From assembly GCA_963847445.1 (NCBI GenBank), contig CAWJZV010000007.1, positions 128,001 through 192,000 of the forward strand: DNA of 64,000 nt, given 5' to 3'. Under the pieces are notes generated by a model. That model worked only from the letters and a program-made list of their open reading frames with translations. It was not told the origin of the DNA and did no database searches. This DNA is from an uncultured delta proteobacterium. Its GTDB lineage: Bacteria > Desulfobacterota > Binatia > UBA9968. Both the position numbers and the translations under genes were made by a program. Position 1 is the stretch's first letter, and every line of letters begins with the position of its first letter. Shown in pieces: positions 1 to 10,769 of this stretch.

Positions 1-195
1 ATTCTCCAAGAAGCGATGCGCAAAACTTTCAGAGACCCGGAATTTCACAAGGAATTTAAGAAGCTCGCCGGCGACGACGCGGCGCCGCTGATGGCCGAGG
101 AGTTGGAGAAGGCGATCACAGACATGCCACGGGAACCAGAGGTTATCGAAGCATTCAAAAAACTTTCCGGCGCCGATCCCTTGCCGGCGCGGTAA
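1..195 (+). CDS. 3' end of a tripartite tricarboxylate transporter substrate-binding (TctC/Bug-like) protein, partial at window edge
   Basis: Frame +1 reads ILQEAMRKTFRDPEFHKEFKKLAGDDAAPLMAEELEKAI...PLPAR*, a typical Bug/TctC C-terminus. Confidence 0.7.
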   Translation: MLQEAMRKTFRDPEFHKEFKKLAGDDAAPLMAEELEKAITDMPREPEVIEAFKKLSGADPLPAR

Positions 196-230
196 GCTGT
201 CGCAATCTTTCGACTTTCGTCCGGCGTAAT

Positions 231-278
231 GGGGTCGTTTCCTGCATTGCCACATACATGCGATAGCAAGACCTAATC
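231..278 (+). repeat. RAYT-end-derived hairpin, copy 1
   Basis: GGGGTCGTTTCCTGCATTGCCACATACATGCGATAGCAAGACCTAATC; TGCATTGCCACATA matches the upstream end of the element at 9821-10728. Confidence 0.7.
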
Positions 279-419
279 TTTTCGACTTCGTATTCGTTCC
301 AACCCGTCAAATCGTTTGTGCGAGTTGACAGAACGCCGGCCGTGCGGCTATTTTCCGCGAGAACAGCGCGCGCCGACAGTGCGCGATCTAGGGGCAGCCA
401 ACGGAAGGGAAAAGATACC

Positions 420-1607
420 ATGAAACGAAGCAGCGAAAGAATTCTCACGTCCCATGTCGGCAGCCTGGCCCGAGCCGACTCCCTGATACCTCTGCTGCGG
501 CTAAAAGAACAGGGACAGCCTTACGACCGCGACGAGCTCGCGCGGCGGGTGCGCGAGGCGGTAACCGACGTGGTGCGGCAACAGGTCGAAGCGGGCATCG
601 ATATTGTCACCGACGGCGAGCAGGGCAAATCGAGCTTCTACGGCTATGTCGTCGAACGCTTCAGCGGCTTCGAGCGCAAGCCGCCCGCTCCGGGCAACGA
701 GATGCGACCGCGGTCGGCGGGCAGGGAATATCTCGCTTTTCCCGACTACTACGCCTGGTCCGAACGCATCGCCGAACCGTTTGGCGGGCGCGGCGGGCGC
801 GGGCGCGGCGTCGATACTTGCACCGGGCCGGTCAGCTATAAAGGCCACGCGGCGGTTCAGGCCGACATCGCCAATCTCAAAGCGGCGACAAAAGGCCGCA
901 CCATCGAGGACGTCTTCATGCCTGCGATCTCGTCTGCCTACGTCGCGGCGACTTTTGCCAACGAATACTATCGCTCCCACGCAGAGTATGAGAAGGCCGT
1001 ATCCGACGCGCTGCGCGAAGAGTACAAGGCGATCGTCGACGCCGGATTCATTCTCCAGATCGACGATCCGCGCCTGGTCACCTATTATATGATGCACCCG
1101 GAGCTTAGCGTCGCCGACTGCCGGAAGTGGGCGGCCGAGCGCGTCGAAGTCATCAACGACTCGCTCCGCGGCATCCCGTCCGAGAAGGTCCGCTTTCATA
1201 CCTGCTACAGCATCGATGTCGGTCCGCGCATCCACGAGATGGCGCTGAAGGACATCGTCGACATCCTTCTGCAGATTAACGCCGGCGCCTATTCGTTCGA
1301 AGCGGCGAACCCGCGGCACGAACACGAATACCATGTCTTCGAGCGCGTCAAGCTGCCCGCCGGTAAGATCCTCATGCCGGGCGTGATCAGCCATACCACC
1401 AACCTGGTGGAGCACCCGGAATTGATCGCCGAACGAATCGTGCGGTTCGCAAAAATAGTCGGGCGTGAGAACGTCATCGCGGCAGCCGACTGCGGCTTTG
1501 CCGCCTCCGCTCTGCGCTTCAACGATACCCATCCCAGCGTGGCCTGGCTTAAGTTTGCCGCGTTGGCGGAGGGCGCCCGATTGGCGACCCGCGAGCTGTG
1601 GAATTGA
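420..1607 (+). CDS. Cobalamin-independent methionine synthase II family (MetE C-terminal-like) protein
   Basis: MKRSSERILTSHVGSLAR start, DGEQGK, Zn ligands HTC and ADCGF, EAANPRHEHE. Confidence 0.9.
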   Translation: MKRSSERILTSHVGSLARADSLIPLLRLKEQGQPYDRDELARRVREAVTDVVRQQVEAGIDIVTDGEQGKSSFYGYVVERFSGFERKPPAPGNEMRPRSAGREYLAFPDYYAWSERIAEPFGGRGGRGRGVDTCTGPVSYKGHAAVQADIANLKAATKGRTIEDVFMPAISSAYVAATFANEYYRSHAEYEKAVSDALREEYKAIVDAGFILQIDDPRLVTYYMMHPELSVADCRKWAAERVEVINDSLRGIPSEKVRFHTCYSIDVGPRIHEMALKDIVDILLQINAGAYSFEAANPRHEHEYHVFERVKLPAGKILMPGVISHTTNLVEHPELIAERIVRFAKIVGRENVIAAADCGFAASALRFNDTHPSVAWLKFAALAEGARLATRELWN

Positions 1608-1789
1608 GTGGCATGAGAGCGCCGCGCTCAAGCGTTATCGTGTCTGGTCAATTTACCGAAGCGGTATCCGCACGGACCAGGAAAGTCGAGAAGTAGAAGT
1701 TTGCCCCCGCGACCGAGAACTGGCGAATCTGAGTTCCGGCGTCCCGACCGATCACAGAAAGTGGGGCAGAGCCCTGTTCTTTTCGGTCA

Positions 1790-3643
1790 TCATTCTCCGT
1801 CTGCGGTTGTTTGACTATGGGCGTTCCATAGCACCGCAACGCCGACCAGGCTCGACACTATCGAAGCGGTGAACACAGCGATCTTGGCGGCGGCGAAATC
1901 GCTGGGCACCGGGAACGCCTGGCCCGAGATGAAAAGCGACATGGTAAAGCCGATACCGGCGAGCGCGCCGGCGCCGGCGAGTTGCCGCCAGGAATATGCG
2001 TTGGGCTTTTGCGCAAGCCCCGCCCGCACGGCCAAAGCCGACGCCGCAATGAATCCCAACGGCTTGCCGATCACCAGCCCAAGCGTGATCGCCAGCAGGA
2101 GTGGTTCACGGCCGCTCAGGACATCCGGCGTTATCGCCACACCCGCGTTCGCTAATGCAAAGATCGGCAGCACGAGATAGCTCGAACGCGGGCCGACATT
2201 GCGCAACAGCCGGTCCGCCGGAGATTCCAGACGATCATGGATCGCATCCAAGGCGCGCAGCGCGGGCACCGAAGCCCCTTGGCGCAATTGCTCGCCGCCG
2301 TGGCGCGCTTCCGCCGCCAGTATCGTATCCGCCTGCATCGCTAGCGTTCTAAAATCCGGCGGCGGCCGCGTCGGAATAAACGCGGCCAATAAGACGCCGG
2401 CCAACGTCGCGTGCAAACCGCCGGCGTGAACGCAAGCCCACAGGCCGACGCCCAGCAATAGATAAACTGACACGTTATAAACGGCCGATCGGTTCAGCAA
2501 GGCCAGCGCTCCGGTGAACGCTGCCGCAGCGGCGAGGTAGGCAAAATTCACAGCACCGGAATAAAAGAGAGCTACGACGATGATCGCCCCGATGTCGTCG
2601 ACAATCGCGGCCGCGGTCAAAAAGATACGCAGCTCGATCGGCACTCGCCTTCCCATCATCGCGATCAGAGCGACCGCGAAGGCGGTGTCTGTCGCCGTCG
2701 GCACGCCCCAGCCGATGGACCACGGCCCTGGTCGGATGACCAGCAGATAAAGCAGCGCCGGCACCGCCATGCCGCCGATCGCCGCTGCGATCGGCAACGC
2801 CGCGGAGCGCCAGCTAGCCAGATGACCGACGGTGAATTCGCGTTTGATCTCAAGGCCGACGACGAGGAAAAAGATCGTCAGCAGACCGTCATTGACCCAA
2901 TGCAGCAACGACATGCGAAAATCGGACTCGCCGAACGTGAAGCCGAAATAAGTGTGCCAAAATGCATCAAAGCCGGGGCCAAGCGCCGAGTTGGTGAGCC
3001 CAACGGCCAGGACCGACGCCAGCAGCAGCAACACGCCGGTCGAAGGCGCCCAGCTTGCAAAGCTCAGCGCGGCCGTGCGCACGCGATAGCCGAGCGGCGC
3101 GAGCATCGCATCGGAAAAAGAGCTTTCATCCCAGGGGCCGTCGTAGCGCCGTCCGTTGATGAAGAAGGTTGGCGTGAATTGCACACCGCTGGCGCGCGCG
3201 CTCTCGACATCGCGATCAACGCGGGCCTTGGCTCGCTCGATCGTCGCTTGCGTTTCTTGCCCATCTAGCGCATTTTGCCGCGCCAGGCCCAGCTCATCTG
3301 CGACGGCGCGCAGGTCATCCTCGGTCAGGGTTTTCGAGCGTGTCATCAGCGCGACATGGGCATCCCAGAACTTATCGGCATCCGCGATGGATTCGACCAG
3401 TTCGGCGGCGCGCCGGGCAATGTCGCTGCCGGTGATCGGGCGATGCCGGAACACGTAGCGCAGACGATCGCCGAACTCGCCGCGGACCTGGACAATGCGC
3501 TCGTTAGCGGCGCGGCAATGCGGGCAGTCGTAACTGCCATATTCCACAAGCGTGATCGGCGCCTCGTTCGGGCCGAGAATGTGATCCCGCCGGTCGTCCA
3601 CGAGATCATTGAGACGATGGTTCGTTTCGTTTAACCCTGACAT
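1790..3643 (-). CDS. nhaA: Na+/H+ antiporter NhaA with N-terminal thioredoxin/DsbA-like domain
   Basis: [44 protein letters not shown] motifs; N-terminal [10 protein letters not shown]. Confidence 0.93.
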   Translation of the reverse strand: MSGLNETNHRLNDLVDDRRDHILGPNEAPITLVEYGSYDCPHCRAANERIVQVRGEFGDRLRYVFRHRPITGSDIARRAAELVESIADADKFWDAHVALMTRSKTLTEDDLRAVADELGLARQNALDGQETQATIERAKARVDRDVESARASGVQFTPTFFINGRRYDGPWDESSFSDAMLAPLGYRVRTAALSFASWAPSTGVLLLLASVLAVGLTNSALGPGFDAFWHTYFGFTFGESDFRMSLLHWVNDGLLTIFFLVVGLEIKREFTVGHLASWRSAALPIAAAIGGMAVPALLYLLVIRPGPWSIGWGVPTATDTAFAVALIAMMGRRVPIELRIFLTAAAIVDDIGAIIVVALFYSGAVNFAYLAAAAAFTGALALLNRSAVYNVSVYLLLGVGLWACVHAGGLHATLAGVLLAAFIPTRPPPDFRTLAMQADTILAAEARHGGEQLRQGASVPALRALDAIHDRLESPADRLLRNVGPRSSYLVLPIFALANAGVAITPDVLSGREPLLLAITLGLVIGKPLGFIAASALAVRAGLAQKPNAYSWRQLAGAGALAGIGFTMSLFISGQAFPVPSDFAAAKIAVFTASIVSSLVGVAVLWNAHSQTTADGE

Positions 3644-3801
3644 CTCAGCTCCAATAATGAGGCATGGCTGGCGTTCTCGTTTATCCCAGGAAACCGCAAC
3701 CCACGACTGCTAGTTTTCCTTCGACCTACCATGCACTAACGGAAATTGGCTCCAGCACCGGCCGGGTTACGCAGTATCGAAGGATGCCCTTCGCCTGGCC
3801 G

Positions 3802-3853
3802 TCGGCGGCCGTCTGAACCCATCGATCCAATCAGGCAGGTCAGACGACACTAA
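3802..3853 (-). ncRNA. Candidate nhaA-I-like cis-regulatory RNA (Li+/Na+ riboswitch candidate)
   Basis: Sense strand GTGTCGTCTGACC...GGATCGA..GGGTTCAGACGGCCGCC forms a hairpin ending in GGCCGCC about 160 nt upstream of nhaA; resemblance to the motif is from memory, not from a search. Confidence 0.4.
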
Positions 3854-4004
3854 CGTATCGACAAATTTACGCAGCATGGCTGGCGAATTCAAACCCACGA
3901 GGTGATCGCTGGGCCAATGTTTGCGGCTCAAAGAGCGGTGGACGCCTTGTCATGATCGCTTGGTTGGCCGCGTGATTTCATGAGGGAGAGCTAAGGGATG
4001 TGTC

Positions 4005-4200
4005 CTGATAAATGGTAATGATTGCGGATTATGCAGTAGGCTTAGATCTCAACGTTTCCAGAGCCGGGCCGATCTCGACGAATCAGCGGAGAAAACTTTG
4101 CCGTCCTCGGTCTTGCAGAAAGATCTCCCGGCGCGATTGGCCATGACTGATGACTGGTAGGAAACGCCCCGGGGTATTCAATACGCAGCGGCCAGGCCAT
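4005..4200 (-). mobile_element. Degenerate 5' stub of RAYT-like Y1 transposase (family B)
   Basis: MAWPLRIEYPGAF...; homologous to 28225-28492 and 40615-40838. Confidence 0.8.
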
Positions 4201-4302
4201 GCAGTTTTTACCCCTACTCGCGCGTCCGCAACTCGCTGACTTGTGCCGCGAAACCATTTATCTTATCTTTCATGCTTCGATCCGCGTACCACCGACAACT
4301 CC

Positions 4303-5386
4303 ATGGAGTCAGAGATCACAAACTGCGCCAAGCGCGCCGAGCAGTTGAACGGCCACGATCCGCCGCACCGGCATCAATCCCAACTGCTGGTACATGATCG
4401 CCAAGGCATCGGACGTCCGCGAAAAGCCGCTGGGGCGGGAGATTTGGCGCCAACCGGTCGTCCTCTTTAGAACTCGAGACGGCAAACTGCGCGCGTTAGA
4501 GGATCGCTGCGCGCACCGGCTCGTGCGGCTCAGCCACGGGCGCGTCATCGATGACAAGATCGAATGCGCCTATCATGGCTGGCAATTCAACGACGCGGGC
4601 CGGTGCGTTCACGTGCCCCATCTCGCGGCCAAAACCAGCCTGCCCAATTGTCGGGTTAGATCGTTCCCGGTTCTCGAAAAGCACGGCTTCGTATGGATTT
4701 TTCTCGGCGATCCTGAGGTGGCCGCGACCGTCGCGCCGATGCGCATGAGCGAATGGGACGATCTCAACGAAATTCCCAGTTGGGTAAGACTGACCTCGCG
4801 CGCGCATTTTTCCTACCTGATCGAAAACTTGATGGACATGTATCACGGCAGCCTGCACGCCCAGTACCAGGTGTGGACCGCGCAAGCGCTCAAGGAGGTC
4901 GTCGAGGCCGATGATCGAGTGACGGCAATTTATGACGCCACCACGTACTATCGCGTAAAGGATCTCGCCTCGATTTTAGAGCTCTTCATTCCGCCGCTGC
5001 GGAAGCTTCGCTCCGCGCCTTTGACCGTGACCTATGAATATCCTAACTGGAAATCGACGTTGGGCGACGATTTCAAAATCTTCTGTCTGATCCGGCCCGT
5101 GAACGAGCGCTTCACCGACGCCTATCTTATTCACTATACTTCGCTGGCCAAATTTGACGGCTTAAAAAAAGCGCCGCTTGTCGTGCGGCGTCTGATCAAG
5201 CGGCTTCTAACCAACGTGGCAAAGCGGCTGTTGGCCAATCTGGTGCGCCAGGATGTCTTGATGATCGAGGAAGAGCAGCAGGCGTTCGACGCCGACCCGC
5301 TCCTGCAGCCGACTGAAATCAACCGCACCGTCCGCCGCGTTCAACGACTGATTCGTCGCCAAGCCTCCGCCGTGGAATCTCGATAA
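4303..5386 (+). CDS. Rieske [2Fe-2S] oxygenase alpha subunit, cyanobacterial-type (CruH-like candidate); probable 5' frameshift
   Basis: DRCAHR...CAYHGW Rieske motif, ENLMDMYHGSLH mononuclear Fe motif; TGINPNCWY lies in frame upstream of ATG 4394. Confidence 0.88.
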
Positions 5387-5417
5387 CTCGGCTCGCGCAT
5401 CCGGGGAATTCACTACC

Positions 5418-6939
5418 GTGCTCAAAGCCTTCCTACAATCGCGCATCAGAAACAAACTTGGCGGCTATAGCGTAACGATCAACGAGGTCGATCGGCGCAA
5501 GCCGGTATCGGTTTCGCCGGCGAAGAAAGTTGCCGTGATCGGCGCGGGCCTGGCCGGTATCGGCGCCGCCTCGGTGCTCGCGGAACGCGGCTTCGAGGTT
5601 ACTCTTTTCGAGCGAAACTCCTACATCGGCGGCAAAGTCGGCTCGTGGGATGTCGCTTTCGCAGACGGCTATGCGACCAAAGTAGATCACGGCTTTCACG
5701 CCTTTTTTCGGCACTACTACAACTTACGCGCCTTCATGGAAAAAATCGGCGCGCACCAGCGCTTCAAGACCATCGACGACTACCTGGTGCTGGCGAGCGA
5801 CGGCCAAAAATATAGTTTCAAGAATGTCGAGACCACGCCGGTGCTCAACATACTGTCGCTCGGGAAAAACAAGTTTTTCCGATTCCGCGATGTCTTGCTC
5901 AATCCGCCCAGCTGGCGAATGGGCGAGTTCTTGGAATACGATGAAGCGAAGACTTTCGCTAAATATGACGGCAATGACGTTCGCAGAATTCGCCAGCGCA
6001 GCTCAACTGCCATCGCCCTTGAGACTGACCTTCAATACCTTCGCGCGCGCCTTCTTCGCGCCCGCAGAAAAGTTGAGCACGGCCGAGCTGATGAAGAGTT
6101 TTCATTTTTTCTATCTCAGCCACGATCATGGTTTGCTCTATGATTACTTCGATACCGATTATCACAGCGCGCTACTCGAACCGATCCTTAGCCATCTACA
6201 GCGCCACCATGTATCGATCCGCTTGAACCACCGGGTCGAGGGGATTGGCCGCGAAAATAATCTGTTGACCGTCGGAGCCGAGCCGTTCGACTACCTCATC
6301 CTTGCCTCGGACGTGACCGGTACAAGCAGCATTTGTCAACATTCTCCCTGGATCGAGGCCGCATCGGCAAAGACTTGGTCGCAGCTGACCTCGTTGCAAG
6401 CTTCCAGCGGTTACGCCGTGTACCGGATCTGGCTAGATCGGCGCACCGGCGACAACTTCCCCGTCTTCATTATCACCGAAAAGCGCGCCGTTCTCGACTC
6501 CGTGACCTTCTACCATCAATTCGATAACAACGCCGCGGACTGGGCGCGCCGTTCCGGCGGCGGCGTCTACGAGCTGCACTGTTACGCGCTGCCCGACGGA
6601 ATTGCCGATGCCGATGTCAAAGCGGCTTTTTGCGCAGAGCTTCATGGCTTTTTTCCCGAGCTTCGCACAGCGACGATGATTCATGAGCATCTGCAGGTCA
6701 GGCGTGATTTCACCGCCTTTTATACCAACCTGCATGAGAACAGGCCCGAGTATCGAACGGCGATCGCCAATCTCTATCTTGCCGGCGATTGGGTAAAAAC
6801 CGGCACACCGGCGATGCTTATGGAAGGCGCCTTTACATCCGGAGTTCTTTGCGCCAACGCGATTCTGGCCCAACACGGTCTTTGCGAAGAGCCCGTGCGC
6901 TCCGTGCCAACGCGCGGGATCTTCGCAAAACTCAACTGA
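5418..6939 (+). CDS. crtU: CrtU-like carotenoid ring desaturase/methyltransferase (FAD-dependent); frameshift near 5970
   Basis: GAGLAG FAD motif, HGFHAFFRHYYNLR, C-terminal LAGDWVKTGTPAMLMEGAFTSG; split between ORFs 5418-6143 and 5824-6939. Confidence 0.75.
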
Positions 6940-6940
6940 A

Positions 6941-7619
6941 ATGTCATACACCTATCTTTTCATCAATGTCTTCATTATCGCCATCCCGCTTGCACTGACA
7001 TTTGACAAGCGAACAGCCTACTTCCGCCAGATCCCCGCCGTCGGCTTTGCGACCGGTGTCGTGAGCGCCTGCTATCTGATTTGGGACGTTCTCGTGACCG
7101 CCCGCGGCGAATGGAGCTTTAACGGCAAATATCTGACCGGCGTTCACTTGCTGAACATCCCGCTCGAAGAAGTGCTTTTTTTCATCACCGTGCCTTATAG
7201 CTGCCTGTTCATCTACGAGGTGGTTTTATTTGCGACTACAGACAGATTTTACAAAATGTCGACTCCGGTATTGATCACGGTGATCGTCCTGCTGGCCGCG
7301 GCGAGTTTGGCGCTGCGTGATCAAGGATACACTTCGAAAGCGCTGGCCTCGTGCAGTTTTTTTCTCACCGTCGCCTACTTGGTTGGACCGTCCGCTGCTG
7401 ACCAGCCGCCGTTATTGGACGTGGTTGGCGATCTGTTACATCCCGTTTCTGCTGGTCAATTCAGTGCTGACCGCGCTGCCGGTTGTGGAGTACAATCCTA
7501 CGGCGATATTCGGCCTGCGCGTGTTCACGATTCCCATCGAAGATTTTTTCTACAACTACGCGATGTTGTCCTTCTACCTGCTGTTTTATCGCCGGCGCAG
7601 AAAATCACTAGAGCCATAG
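6941..7619 (+). CDS. Lycopene cyclase, fused CrtYc/CrtYd type; frameshift near 7380
   Basis: Two hydrophobic halves, each with PLEE/PIED-FF motif (IPLEEVLFF, IPIEDFFYN). Confidence 0.85.
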
Positions 7620-7902
7620 CAGGCAAAAACGTTTTTGCCGCGCCGCCGCTGAGCATAGTTTTTCGTTTGTATAGTATTGTCCGGCGCTGATGCGGTCCGC
7701 TGCTGGGTCGCGTCTTGTATAGCGACAAATGGGTTATTGCCAGAGCTGGCGCCGCACTTGGGTCCTCGGACGCCGCCGCCCGGTGCTGCGCCGACTCCCG
7801 CGCGATTGACTTTCGCAACCTGAGGCGAGACATTTTTGCATGTTTCCCGCGCCGGCTACATGTCCATGACAACCGTGCTGTCTTGAAGACTGGAGGTGTT
7901 CA

Positions 7903-8658
7903 ATGCGTAAAGGTCAGCAAATCAGTCGCCGAACCTGGTTGGCCCAGGTTGCCTTGGGCGGTTTCGCGGTATGGAGCGAACTCAATTTCGGCCTCGGGCG
8001 CAGGGGCTGGGGTGTCGCCATCGGCGGGCGCGATCTCGCGATCGGGGTCGCCCACGCGCAGAACCTGGGGCCAGCCGAAACACTGCGGGTGAACTTAGGC
8101 GTCGTCAATGCCTACGTCCTGGTCCGCGGCAAGGAGGCGGCGGTGGTCGATACCGGCACGCCCAACAATGGGTCAAAGATCGCCGACGTAGTTCGCACCG
8201 CCGGCCTGAATTGGGATGCGGTTCACCACGTGATCCTGACCCACTATCATCCCGATCACATAGGCAGTGTTGGAGAAGTTCTGGGGGCGGCCGTCAAGGC
8301 GACGGCCTACGCCGGCGCCGCGGACATCGCGCAGATCAAGTCGCCGCGCCCGCTCAAGGCGGTCGGTGATAACGACGAAGTGTTCGGCCTGCGCATGATC
8401 GCGACCCCCGGTCACACACCGGGTCACCTATGCGTATTCGATCCGGTCGGATCGCTGCTCATCCTCGGCGACGCCATGAACAACATCGGCAATAAGCTCG
8501 GCGGTCCCAATCCCCAGTACACCGCCGACATGGCCCAGGCGCACCAGAGTGTGAAGAAGCTGGCGAAACTCACCTTCCAGCGCGCCGTCTTCGGCCACGG
8601 CGATCCGATCGACAAGGGCGCCTCGCAGGCGATCGCCAAGCTGGCCGGCACTCTGTGA
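7903..8658 (+). CDS. Tat-exported MBL-fold metallo-hydrolase
   Basis: SRRTWL twin-arginine signal, THYHPDH, TPGHTPGH, GD, FGHG. Confidence 0.88.
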   Translation: MRKGQQISRRTWLAQVALGGFAVWSELNFGLGRRGWGVAIGGRDLAIGVAHAQNLGPAETLRVNLGVVNAYVLVRGKEAAVVDTGTPNNGSKIADVVRTAGLNWDAVHHVILTHYHPDHIGSVGEVLGAAVKATAYAGAADIAQIKSPRPLKAVGDNDEVFGLRMIATPGHTPGHLCVFDPVGSLLILGDAMNNIGNKLGGPNPQYTADMAQAHQSVKKLAKLTFQRAVFGHGDPIDKGASQAIAKLAGTL

Positions 8659-8724
8659 GAGTTCGCCTAGGTCGAAGTTAGATCGATTAGTCAATTATCG
8701 AAGAGAGCTTCCAACCGGTGGCTT

Positions 8725-9718
8725 TCAAAAACCTTGAAGCGTTCCGTCGGGGGTTCTGACGACATGCTTGAGGGGCGCGCCTGAAAGATAGCGGCGCGTG
8801 TTGTCGCGGATAAGTTCGCTCATCCGCCGCCACAATTGCCGTCCGCCCTGACCGCCGACATGGGGCGTCAGCAGCACGTTGGGGAGATCCCACAGCGGGC
8901 TCGCTGCGGGCAACGGTTCCTCGGCGAGAGCGTCTAGTCCGGCCCCCATGATGCGGCCCTCGGCGAGGGCGCGGGCCAGTGCCGCCTCGTCCACTACCTT
9001 GCCGCGGGAGATGTTCACGAGGATTGCCGTCTCCTTCATGAGCGCGATTCTTTCGGCGCTCAGAAATCCCCTGGTGTCGCTGTCCAGCGGCATCGCCACC
9101 ATGACCACATCGGCACTGGGAAGGACCTCGTCTACTTTTTCCCGGGACACCACGCGATCGATCTCCGGCACGGCGGGGGAAGGCGAGCGGGTGACGCAGA
9201 TCACCTCCATATCGAACGCCTTGGCCTTGCGCGCAATGTCCTGGCCGATGTGGCCCATGCCGAGGATCACCATGCGCGCGCCGTCGGGGTCGAGTATGTG
9301 CGAAGACATGCCGTGGCGCGCCCACTCGCGCCGTGCGCGCAGTTGCTCGAACCGGCGAAAGCCGCGCATGACGCCCAGCATCAGAGCCATGGCGTGGCTG
9401 GCTAGCACCCGCTGGCTGACGTCGCCGCTATTGGTGACCCAGACACCGTCAGGCAGCCCCGCCCTCAGTCCGATTTCGACACCGACGGTGGTGAACTGGA
9501 GCCACTTGAGGGCCCGCCCTTTGTCACGCACCAGGCGGGCGAATTCCGCGGTGAAGGCGGAGTTGTAAACATGGAGGATTTCCGCGCCGTCGAGTGCCTT
9601 GGCGAGGGATTCGAGGCTGTCGAGCCTTGGCCACCTCGACCTCGGGGAAGTCGCGCAGGAAGGCTTCGTCCACCACGTCACTGGCGGCGTGCACGAACTG
9701 GGCAATGCGAACTGTCAT
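8725..9718 (-). CDS. D-2-hydroxyacid dehydrogenase; frameshift near 9625
   Basis: GMGHIG, NISRG, LDA..EP, LTPHVG; start MTVRIAQF at 9718 is in another frame. Confidence 0.88.
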
Positions 9719-9820
9719 GATGCTCCTCCGTGGCCTCGGCACGCCGGCGTGCCGGTGGTAAATATAAAAGTCGCATACCGTTTATCTTTGACGAGAAAAA
9801 TATCGCGAGCTATCGATACC

Positions 9821-10728
9821 GGGCCAGACCTTGCAATCCGATTTCCGCCAATATCCTAACGCGACTTCTCGAGCTGTTTGAGCCTGCGACTCACCGTCGC
9901 GTAATGCACTCCCAAATGGCTGGCGATCTCGTGCAACCGGTAGCCATGCTCGCGATACGCCTGCGCGATCCCTGCTTGTTTATTCTTGGCAAAGATCCGA
10001 TCCAAGGTCGGTTTGGCCGCTTTGAGCTGCGCCCGGGGAATCTCCTTTAGTTGCTTGCCTGCCGCCGAGTGCCGCTCGACAAACTTTTCGCTGCCCAAGT
10101 AAATCTGCCCTTTGAGCTCCTGCCATGGCCGTTCTGCCAATCCGTCGCTGACAAATGCTCGATAGCGCTTCTGCGCTGTCCGCCGGTGCTTGCCGAATTG
10201 CCCAAGGACCCAATCTACGCTCAACAACTCCGGCACTTTGGCCCGTCCCGCGGTGGCCCGGTAACTACTCCACTTCCACGCGGCATGCTCGACCCCGCCT
10301 TTGACTCGCGCCGGATTGAGCACGATATAACGGCACAGCTCCAACAGGTAAGACTCCTTCTCAACTAGGATTGCCTTGTATCGTCCTTGCAACAAATGCC
10401 CCACCCGCTTGTGGCGGCGATTGAAACTCTGAGTGTATAGACCGTTGAGCTGGCGCATGCCGATGGCGAGATTGCCGCGCGGCGTCTCGACCAGCAGATG
10501 ATAATGATTGGCCATCAAACAGTAGCCATGGCAGATCCACCCGTAGCGCGAGACCACCTGGGTGAGCGTGTCGAGAAACAACTCTCGGTCAGCGTCGCTG
10601 AAAAAAATCTTCTGGCGGGCGTTGCCGCGGCTGGTCAGATGGTAGACTGCTCCCGCGAATTCCATCCGTAGCGGTCGTGCCATGGCGGGGTAATATCAGT
10701 GCTTATGTGGCAATGCAAGACCTGACCC
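9821..10728 (-). mobile_element. Intact RAYT/IS200-superfamily Y1 HUH element (family A) with imperfect inverted ends
   Basis: Left end GGGCCAGACCTTGCAAT; right end ATGCAAGACCTGACCC; encloses the transposase gene. Confidence 0.85.
9856..10683 (-). CDS. REP-associated-type tyrosine (Y1) transposase with C-terminal HTH
   Basis: MARPLR, YHLTSRGN, CLMANHYHLL (HUH), QGRYKA, YIVLNP (catalytic Tyr), WSSY, C-terminal EIASHLGVHYATVSR. Confidence 0.93.
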   Translation of the reverse strand: MARPLRMEFAGAVYHLTSRGNARQKIFFSDADRELFLDTLTQVVSRYGWICHGYCLMANHYHLLVETPRGNLAIGMRQLNGLYTQSFNRRHKRVGHLLQGRYKAILVEKESYLLELCRYIVLNPARVKGGVEHAAWKWSSYRATAGRAKVPELLSVDWVLGQFGKHRRTAQKRYRAFVSDGLAERPWQELKGQIYLGSEKFVERHSAAGKQLKEIPRAQLKAAKPTLDRIFAKNKQAGIAQAYREHGYRLHEIASHLGVHYATVSRRLKQLEKSR

Positions 10729-10769
10729 TTTGTTGCGCTATTGCTATTGGTTGACTCTCGGAACTGATT

